A stretch of DNA of 64,000 nucleotides from Clostridia bacterium. Lineage in GTDB: Bacteria > Bacillota > Clostridia > Oscillospirales > CAG-272. A program made the position numbers and the translations under genes. Numbering within the stretch: position 1 is the first letter of the stretch; every line of letters begins with the position of its first letter. The stretch covers positions 43,171 to 107,170 of the forward strand of contig JAFTXX010000003.1 in NCBI GenBank assembly GCA_017461475.1, in the 5' to 3' direction. The notes beneath the pieces are model-generated. The model worked only from the letters and a program-made list of their open reading frames with translations, was not told where the DNA came from and ran no database searches. Below, one piece after another: positions 54,768 through 61,771 of this stretch.

Positions 54768-55786
54768 AGCCATTTTGCGATTTCGAGGAGTTGTTTTCTC
54801 GAGGAAACGCCGAGTTTTCCATAGAGGTTCTTATTGTGGAATTTGAGCGTGTTTTCTTTGATACCCATGGCGGCGAGCACATCCTTTGTGCCTTTACCCT
54901 CGGTATAGAGGTCATAGATTGCCTTTTCGGTAGGAGTAAGGGTTTCAAGCCCCTCGATAAAACGGCGGCTCTGCTCAATAAGTTCTTTTGGGAGCGGATC
55001 CTTTTGGGGCGGTTCATTTACAAAATGCGGTGAGAACAGTTTGTCACCCTCCTGAATCATAAGACAGAGTCCGAGCAGGAAAATTTCGCTGATAATATAG
55101 GAAACCGACAAAATTTCAAAGTCTATTTTCACAAGTTGTTCAAGCATCCAGACGCACAGGTTTACAAAAACGGCTGCTGCAAGGAAAACGGCTTGAATAT
55201 TGGTTGCAACGAGTTTTTTACGCATTGCGTAGACAATTACCGCAACGATAGCGGCAAAGTATCCGAGCAAAAACACAAGATAGATAGGATGCAATACACC
55301 GTAGACCTTCTTAAGAACCGTAACTCCGTCTATGATCTGCAGAGAAACTTCCTTATAATAAATGTCAAGATACCCGGGGGAGGCGGCGATAAGAAAAACG
55401 AAAATGCTGACACATACAAGCAAAACGGGTAAGGAACGCTTGTAATGGATGTGGCTGACCTTGATAATCGCCATCAGCATTGACAAGGGTAAAAACACGC
55501 TTCCGAGATAGGAGATGCGGTTTGCCATGAGCGCCGCAGAAAGGGTAGGTGCGAGCGAAAGTGTGAGATAGCCGATATTGACAACAATGGTTGATGCAAA
55601 TAAAAGCATCATCCATTTTTCTTTTTTGCGGATAAGCGAGCAGTAACCGATGAGCATAATAACAGACAGAACAGCGGTTGCTATGTATGCTGCCGACATT
55701 GTCAGCGCCTTGTCACCCATGGGAGAACATCCCGAAAGTAAAAGCATGGCAGACAGTGCGGTAGCAGTGAGTAAAAATTTCTTCAT
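54764..55786 (-). CDS. Membrane-embedded LuxR-family transcriptional regulator
   Basis: AAGGAGAG RBS before the ATG at 55786. About 7-8 hydrophobic segments. The C-terminal LuxR/GerE HTH is LTPTEKAIYDLYTEGKGTKDVLAAMGIKENTLKFHNKNLYGKLGVSSRKQL. Confidence 0.8.
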   Translation of the reverse strand: MKKFLLTATALSAMLLLSGCSPMGDKALTMSAAYIATAVLSVIMLIGYCSLIRKKEKWMMLLFASTIVVNIGYLTLSLAPTLSAALMANRISYLGSVFLPLSMLMAIIKVSHIHYKRSLPVLLVCVSIFVFLIAASPGYLDIYYKEVSLQIIDGVTVLKKVYGVLHPIYLVFLLGYFAAIVAVIVYAMRKKLVATNIQAVFLAAAVFVNLCVWMLEQLVKIDFEILSVSYIISEIFLLGLCLMIQEGDKLFSPHFVNEPPQKDPLPKELIEQSRRFIEGLETLTPTEKAIYDLYTEGKGTKDVLAAMGIKENTLKFHNKNLYGKLGVSSRKQLLEIAKWL

Positions 55787-55904
55787 ATTGCTCTCCTTTT
55801 TATGTGCAACCCCACTTCCCACACTATTTCCCACACTTTTGCGTACAAAAATAGTGTCATCCCACACTTTTATTTTGTGTTTGTGTGGCGACTTTGGGTA
55901 AGTT

Positions 55905-55926
55905 TGTAATTTAAAATTAAATTACA
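55905..55926. promoter_or_regulatory. Perfect 10-bp inverted repeat (candidate operator) in the divergent intergenic region
   Basis: tgtaatttaa-aa-ttaaattaca. Confidence 0.35.
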
Positions 55927-56203
55927 GGGTATAGAAGGAGGGTATATAACCTTGCCTTGTAAAAAGGGGTACCCCGTTTGCATTCTAATGCAAATGTCTC
56001 TGTGGCGCGCCAACGAAACAGAGACCGCCCCTATAATTTTATATCTCAGGCTTGACGAATTTTCCGTATTTTTCAAAATCGACGGTGTTTAGCCGTCGAG
56101 GAAAATTCATAAAGCGGCGGAACTGGAAGTGTATTTATGCTGAGAGTCTAGTGCCGCTATTATTATAACATAGATATAACTTTAAGTCAACGGAGGAAAA
56201 GTT

Positions 56204-59200
56204 ATGAAAAGACGTATTGCGTATGTTTTTGCGATTGTACTGCTTGCGCTTGTGTTTTCGTTTGCTGTTTTTGCATCGGACGACGGCGCAAACTGTATGT
56301 ACTGCGGCGCATATCGCTACGGCGATTGGCTTTGCGACTGCGGACTTTGCAGTATAGAAGCCGAGCCTGCGGATTGCTGGGCAGCTACGCACTGTTGGGA
56401 ATGCGGCGCTTGCTTTAACACAATGACAAAGTTTTGTGTCGAGTGCCATTATTGTGAAGAATGCTACGTAGCAGAGGGTACGCACTGCCTTGGTTGCGAG
56501 GAGTGCCACATTTCCGACTATCAGGATGAGCTTTGCGGCGAGTGCTGGTTTTGCGCTGACTGCATGGGCGGACTTTGCGACGGTTGCGGCTTTTGTGCGG
56601 GATGCCAGGAGCTTGACGGTGGCGTGCATTGCCCCGAGTGTGGAGGTTGCTACGGCGAGTACGGTGCATGCGAGGAGGATGGAGCAGAGCATTGCAAGGA
56701 GTGCTGCCTTATCTGTGAGCAGTGCGAGCGATGCGTTTTTGACGACGGACTTGAACTTTGCTCGGAATGTAACTTTTGCGAGGAGTGTTGCAGACATGCG
56801 GCACAGAGCGAGGGCTGCGACTGCGGCGAATACTGCGTGGAGTCGAGCGATTGGTACGACCACGTCTGCCTTAATTGCGGAACTCCTTACTGTCAGATAG
56901 ACCAGTGTGACCTGTGCGAGCTTTGCCTTGACTGTTGCGAGTCGAACTCCGATTGCTCGGAGGGACTTTGCGTCATGGACGATGAATATGATTATCATTT
57001 CTGCGAGGATTGCGGAATTTGCTTCCACGAGGTTGACGCTTGCGAGGATTGCGGAGACGCGGGCGAGCTTCGCTGCGAGGATTGCTCCGCCGCTATTACC
57101 GAGGACGCGGGCTGCGACTGCAGCGATATGTGCTTTAACATGGCGGGGTTTGACACCCACGTAGCAACCGAGCACAAGGGCGCGGACGGCAGCCATACCG
57201 CAAAGCCGCAAAAAACATGGACTTACGACATGAACTATCACTGGAGGGATTGCTCTCTTTGCAGTGAAGCGGCGCATATAACCGTAAAGGAAAAACACGC
57301 ATTTGACTATTTCGGCATTTGCGCTGTGTGCGGATTTGACTCCAAAACCAAAATTGTTATTCTCCGTCAGCCGAATAGCCGCATAGTAGAGGTGTCGGAT
57401 AATGATGCGGGAGCAGGCGAGCCGTATAACATCGAGGACAATCAGGTTTCGTTTTCGGTAGCGGCGGTGGGGACGGGCACGCTTACCTACCAATGGTACG
57501 AAAAGCGCGGCATGTCCGAGTGGAAACCTATGAAAGACGAAATGAACTACTTTGTCGCAAACAGTAAGTTCTACACGGTCTACGGCACAAAAACAGACAG
57601 ACTCACGATTGCGGTTCCCGTGGACGTGTGCTATACCGAATACGCATACCGTGTGGTGATCACCGATGCCGAGGGCAACACGGTGACGAGTGCGGCGGCG
57701 CAGATCGCCTCCAAGCACATCTACAAAAAGGCAATTGCACATAAGGGTGCGCTTATCGGCACGATCCGTCAGTCAAACAAGAGCGATAACATCGGCGTTT
57801 ATGCAACAAACGGTCATTACATCCTTTGTCAGGGCGACGGTTGCGAAGCCGAAAAGATTGTTTCTCACAACTACGGCAAGGGCGTGCGTGAATACGTCGA
57901 TAATACCGATTACAGCGTTTGGACCGAGTTTGTGTGCAAGGATTGCGGATTTGTAAATTATATCAAAAACCATGACCACTACTTCTACGATCCCGAAAGC
58001 GGAGAGTGCGAGGTGGACTATACATACAAAAATTCAGTAAATCACCGCTTAAAGTGCCTCTATCCTGATTGTGAAAAGACAACGCTTGAAGCACACGTCT
58101 TTATGCCATGGGGCAATCACGGCACACCGCACACTGCAAGCGGCGGTGTCGGCATTGCGTTTAAGGAATGCGCACTTTGTGCTTATTCTTACACGAAAAA
58201 GCCCCAGTATTTTGACTTTGTCAAGGAGGAGAACATTACTACCGACTGGACAAAGGCAAATGACCTCGTGTATGTACGCTACGGATTTGCAAGCGGAGAT
58301 ATTTACACAGTCGGCGACAGCATGTACATCACCTTTGCACCGACTGTTACGGATAAGAGAGACCACATAAAAATGACCAATCCGAAGTGTGTCGGCTGGA
58401 AGGTATTTTACAGTGGTAACAATGTTTCGGATATAGACGTTACAAGTGCCTGCACCTTTGAAAAGCTAGAGGGTGAGGCAAAATGGGTAGTGAAGATTTC
58501 AAAATTCCTGACCCATACGGGCGGCGGCACATTTGCCTTCGTTCCTACTATAGATACAAAAGAGTGTGAGCATATAAATGGCTCAAGGATTTTCGGTGCA
58601 TACAAGCCGATCTGTACGACCGACGGCTACACGGGTGACCGCAAGTGTGTGGACTGCGGCTACGTTGTGCAGTACGGTGAAGCCATACCGGGCGGTGAAG
58701 AGCATGCAGGAGAGCTTAAACTTGTAAGCGGTACTTCGAGAAATGGCACTTGTGAGCAGCGTGGCTACGAGGGTGACTACAAGTGTTCCCACTGCGGTGC
58801 AAAAGTGAAGGGCAAGACCACGCCTAAGGTGCACACGGGCAAAACCACCGTGAAAAATGCAAAGAAAGCAACCTGCACATCCTTTGGCTACACGGGCGAC
58901 ACATATTGCTCCTGCGGAGCCATGATAAAAGAGGGCGACCTTATTGTTCCCACGCACAGCAATATTGTAACACTTAACTACAAAGAGGCAACCTGTAAAA
59001 ATGACGGCTACAGCGGTGATATGCAGTGCAAGGATTGCGGTATCTTCGTCCGCTACGGTCACACTGTCAAGGGCGGCGAGCATGCATGGTCAGACTACAA
59101 GGTGCTTGATGCGGTAAATCACAAGTGTTATTGCAAGGTAAGCGGCTGTAACGAGATCATGACCGAGGCGCATACCGATGCGGACAGAAATCTCGTCTGC

Positions 59201-60217
59201 GACACCTGCGGCTATTCCTGGGGCGAGGATGGAGAGTATATTTCGAGTATCGTGTTCAACATCGATCCGCCCGAAATCGGTGCAAAGGCCGATTATACCA
59301 AGTTTGACGGTAAGCGTTTTGCAAGCGACAATTCGGGACTGAGCGCATCGAGATACAAGAACGGCATTGCATGGGAGAACACAACAAGCGGCAAATTCCT
59401 GCTCCCCGGCGGCACAGAGGTGTTCGCGGAGGGCAACGTTTATAAAATCTATATTTCTTTCCGTACCAATGGCGACTATAAGTTTGCAACTAATGTTACC
59501 GCAACAATTAACGGCACTACAGCAAAGACAGAGTATATCAGTGAGCAGTTTGTAAATGTTGAATATACATTCCCGAAGCTCGACCACAAGCATGATTACA
59601 CCTTGATGCGAAACGAAAACTCACATCACTACGAGTGTCTTGTTTGCAGTACAGTCAAGGATGCAGGCAGTCATACATTTGACGCAAACGGACGTTGCAA
59701 GACCTGCGGATACAGTAAAAATACGGGTAATCCCTTTACCGATATAAAGGCAAGCGACTACTTCTTCGATGCGGTAATGTGGGCAAAGGATACGGGACTT
59801 ACCGTTGGTACTACTGCAACCACGTTCTCGCCATACGACACCTGCACCAGAGCACATGGAATTACATTCCTTTGGCGTGCGGCGGGTAAACCTATAGCAA
59901 AGAATAAGGTAAATCCGTTTACCGATGTAAAAACCACCGACTACTATTACGATGCGGTGCTTTGGGGTGTTGAAGAGGGAATTATAGTAGGTACATCGAA
60001 GACAACTTTTACACCTCACCAGACCTGTTCAAGTGCCCACATTATCACAATGCTGTACCGAGCAATGAAGATAGGCAATAACGGCTGGTACGAGGAAGCA
60101 AAGTCTTGGGCAAATGGAGAGGGACTTCTTAACGGAACGAAGTTTGTCGTTTCACCCGATGAGCCTTGTCCGAGAGCAGGAATTGCATATTTCCTCTATA
60201 TGTTCTACGAAAAATAA
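56204..60217 (+). CDS. 1,337-aa secreted protein: extreme Cys-rich acidic N-terminal region, Ig-like YQWY module, Cys4 mini-modules, C-terminal SLH-like triple anchor
   Basis: GGAGGA RBS and signal peptide MKRRIAYVFAIVLLALVFSFAVFA. Dense CxxC arrays. C-terminus NPFTDIKASDYFFDAVMWA.. / NPFTDVKTTDYYYDAVLWG.. / WYEEAKSWANGEGLLNG. Confidence 0.85.
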   Translation: MKRRIAYVFAIVLLALVFSFAVFASDDGANCMYCGAYRYGDWLCDCGLCSIEAEPADCWAATHCWECGACFNTMTKFCVECHYCEECYVAEGTHCLGCEECHISDYQDELCGECWFCADCMGGLCDGCGFCAGCQELDGGVHCPECGGCYGEYGACEEDGAEHCKECCLICEQCERCVFDDGLELCSECNFCEECCRHAAQSEGCDCGEYCVESSDWYDHVCLNCGTPYCQIDQCDLCELCLDCCESNSDCSEGLCVMDDEYDYHFCEDCGICFHEVDACEDCGDAGELRCEDCSAAITEDAGCDCSDMCFNMAGFDTHVATEHKGADGSHTAKPQKTWTYDMNYHWRDCSLCSEAAHITVKEKHAFDYFGICAVCGFDSKTKIVILRQPNSRIVEVSDNDAGAGEPYNIEDNQVSFSVAAVGTGTLTYQWYEKRGMSEWKPMKDEMNYFVANSKFYTVYGTKTDRLTIAVPVDVCYTEYAYRVVITDAEGNTVTSAAAQIASKHIYKKAIAHKGALIGTIRQSNKSDNIGVYATNGHYILCQGDGCEAEKIVSHNYGKGVREYVDNTDYSVWTEFVCKDCGFVNYIKNHDHYFYDPESGECEVDYTYKNSVNHRLKCLYPDCEKTTLEAHVFMPWGNHGTPHTASGGVGIAFKECALCAYSYTKKPQYFDFVKEENITTDWTKANDLVYVRYGFASGDIYTVGDSMYITFAPTVTDKRDHIKMTNPKCVGWKVFYSGNNVSDIDVTSACTFEKLEGEAKWVVKISKFLTHTGGGTFAFVPTIDTKECEHINGSRIFGAYKPICTTDGYTGDRKCVDCGYVVQYGEAIPGGEEHAGELKLVSGTSRNGTCEQRGYEGDYKCSHCGAKVKGKTTPKVHTGKTTVKNAKKATCTSFGYTGDTYCSCGAMIKEGDLIVPTHSNIVTLNYKEATCKNDGYSGDMQCKDCGIFVRYGHTVKGGEHAWSDYKVLDAVNHKCYCKVSGCNEIMTEAHTDADRNLVCDTCGYSWGEDGEYISSIVFNIDPPEIGAKADYTKFDGKRFASDNSGLSASRYKNGIAWENTTSGKFLLPGGTEVFAEGNVYKIYISFRTNGDYKFATNVTATINGTTAKTEYISEQFVNVEYTFPKLDHKHDYTLMRNENSHHYECLVCSTVKDAGSHTFDANGRCKTCGYSKNTGNPFTDIKASDYFFDAVMWAKDTGLTVGTTATTFSPYDTCTRAHGITFLWRAAGKPIAKNKVNPFTDVKTTDYYYDAVLWGVEEGIIVGTSKTTFTPHQTCSSAHIITMLYRAMKIGNNGWYEEAKSWANGEGLLNGTKFVVSPDEPCPRAGIAYFLYMFYEK

Positions 60218-60240
60218 ATCAATTAAAAGGGAGCAAAATT

Positions 60241-61740
60241 ATGAAAAAACTATTGGCTTTTGTATTTGTAGCAATGCTGGTACTCGGCATGGCAGTGACC
60301 GCATTTGCGGCATGCGAGCATGAATTTTTGGCAATGAGAAACATGACATCTCACTATGAGGAATGTCAGAAGTGCTTCGAGCTCCGTAACGCAGGCAGTC
60401 ACACCTTTGAAAATGGCAAATGCACCGTTTGCGACTATGAGGAACCGATTATAAATCCCTTTACTGACGTACCAAACGATGCATGGTATGCGGCAGATGT
60501 TTTGAGCGCGGTTGCAACAGGTCTTATCACCGGTAAGACTACAGATAAGTATGCACCAAATGACAACCTCACCTATGCCGAAGCTGTAAAGCTTGCGGCT
60601 TGCATGAATGAGAAATATACAAAAGGCGAGGTCACGCTTGAAATCGGCGCCCCTTGGTATCAGACATATGTTGACTACTGCAAGAATAACAACATTATCC
60701 GCACCGAGTACAACTGGAACGACTTTGCAACAAGAGTGGGTTATATGTATATTTTTGCATACGCACTTCCCGAGGAGGCGTATGAGCCGATCAACACGAT
60801 CGAGGACGGCACTATACCCGACGTTCCGATGGACTCTCCCTATGCAGACATCGTTTACAAACTGTACAGAGCAGGTATTGTAACGGGCGTTGACGCACAG
60901 CACAACTGCAATCCCACGGCTAATATCACGCGCGCGGAGGTTGCGGTCATCGTTGCAAGAATGATGGACCCATCAAAGCGTATCAGCTTTGAAATGAAGC
61001 ACGTCTATGATTCTGTGCTGGATGATGGCTCGGATATCGAGATCGGCGGCGATCCTGCTATCGTAGTTGGCGGTGGAGATCAGGTAGACTATGACGTGAA
61101 CACGGGGGATTTCGTACTCGATGATACCAAGCTTCCGCTAAAGATCACTGCCGATCCCGAGTCTTATGAGGCAGAGGATTACGGCGAAAAAGCTGAGCTT
61201 AAGGTAGTTACAGACGGAGGCAAGCCATACTTTACCTACGAGTGGTACTACAATGCGTACAGAAACGAAAAGGTGAAAATTGAAAACGGCGACTTTGTAA
61301 GCGGCGCAGATACCGACACGCTCACTATTTTGGTTGAAAAGGACAACACTCTTCTCGGCTCTAAAATTTTCTGCAAGGTTACGGATGCAAACGGCGTAGA
61401 GGTAACCTCGAATAGCGCCTCGGTTTACGGACTGTTCTCTATGTCGGCTGAGGATGTGACGGTTGTTACAGCGACCAAGGAATATACTGTTGTCGGAACC
61501 GTGGCAGACGGAGTTCTCCGAAAGGGCGACAAGATTTCCGTGGAGATGAACGGCAAAATCATTTCTATCGGAACTGTCAAAGACATACAGATGTTTAACA
61601 AGTCTCTTGACGAGGCAGTAAAGGGTGACCGTGTGGGCGTTACGTTCGAGCTGACCGACGGTGTAAGACCGCAGTCGGGAAGCATAGTAATCAAGTACAA
61701 CGACGCACATGTTATTGACACAAGCGATATCGTAAACTAA
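60241..61740 (+). CDS. Secreted protein: Cys4/His mini-module + SLH-like anchor + Ig-like module + C-terminal EF-Tu domain-2-like barrel
   Basis: AAGGGAG RBS before the ATG at 60241 and signal peptide MKKLLAFVFVAMLVLGMAVTAFA. See findings for the motifs. Confidence 0.85.
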   Translation: MKKLLAFVFVAMLVLGMAVTAFAACEHEFLAMRNMTSHYEECQKCFELRNAGSHTFENGKCTVCDYEEPIINPFTDVPNDAWYAADVLSAVATGLITGKTTDKYAPNDNLTYAEAVKLAACMNEKYTKGEVTLEIGAPWYQTYVDYCKNNNIIRTEYNWNDFATRVGYMYIFAYALPEEAYEPINTIEDGTIPDVPMDSPYADIVYKLYRAGIVTGVDAQHNCNPTANITRAEVAVIVARMMDPSKRISFEMKHVYDSVLDDGSDIEIGGDPAIVVGGGDQVDYDVNTGDFVLDDTKLPLKITADPESYEAEDYGEKAELKVVTDGGKPYFTYEWYYNAYRNEKVKIENGDFVSGADTDTLTILVEKDNTLLGSKIFCKVTDANGVEVTSNSASVYGLFSMSAEDVTVVTATKEYTVVGTVADGVLRKGDKISVEMNGKIISIGTVKDIQMFNKSLDEAVKGDRVGVTFELTDGVRPQSGSIVIKYNDAHVIDTSDIVN

Positions 61741-61771
61741 AATGTTCCACTTTGCCGAAAGGAGCAAAATT

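Noticed and set aside
55930-56200. Structured ~270-nt leader before the Cys-rich gene, checked for c-di-GMP or other riboswitch cores
   Set aside because: I found several hairpins but no sequence I can match to a known aptamer consensus. It is left as part of the regulator finding rather than called as a feature.
56135-57742. 535-aa ORF on the minus strand
   Set aside because: It is antisense to the Cys-rich gene, and the long open frame is a by-product of the TGC/GAG/GAC-rich sense codons. It has no signal, no RBS and no recognisable domains.
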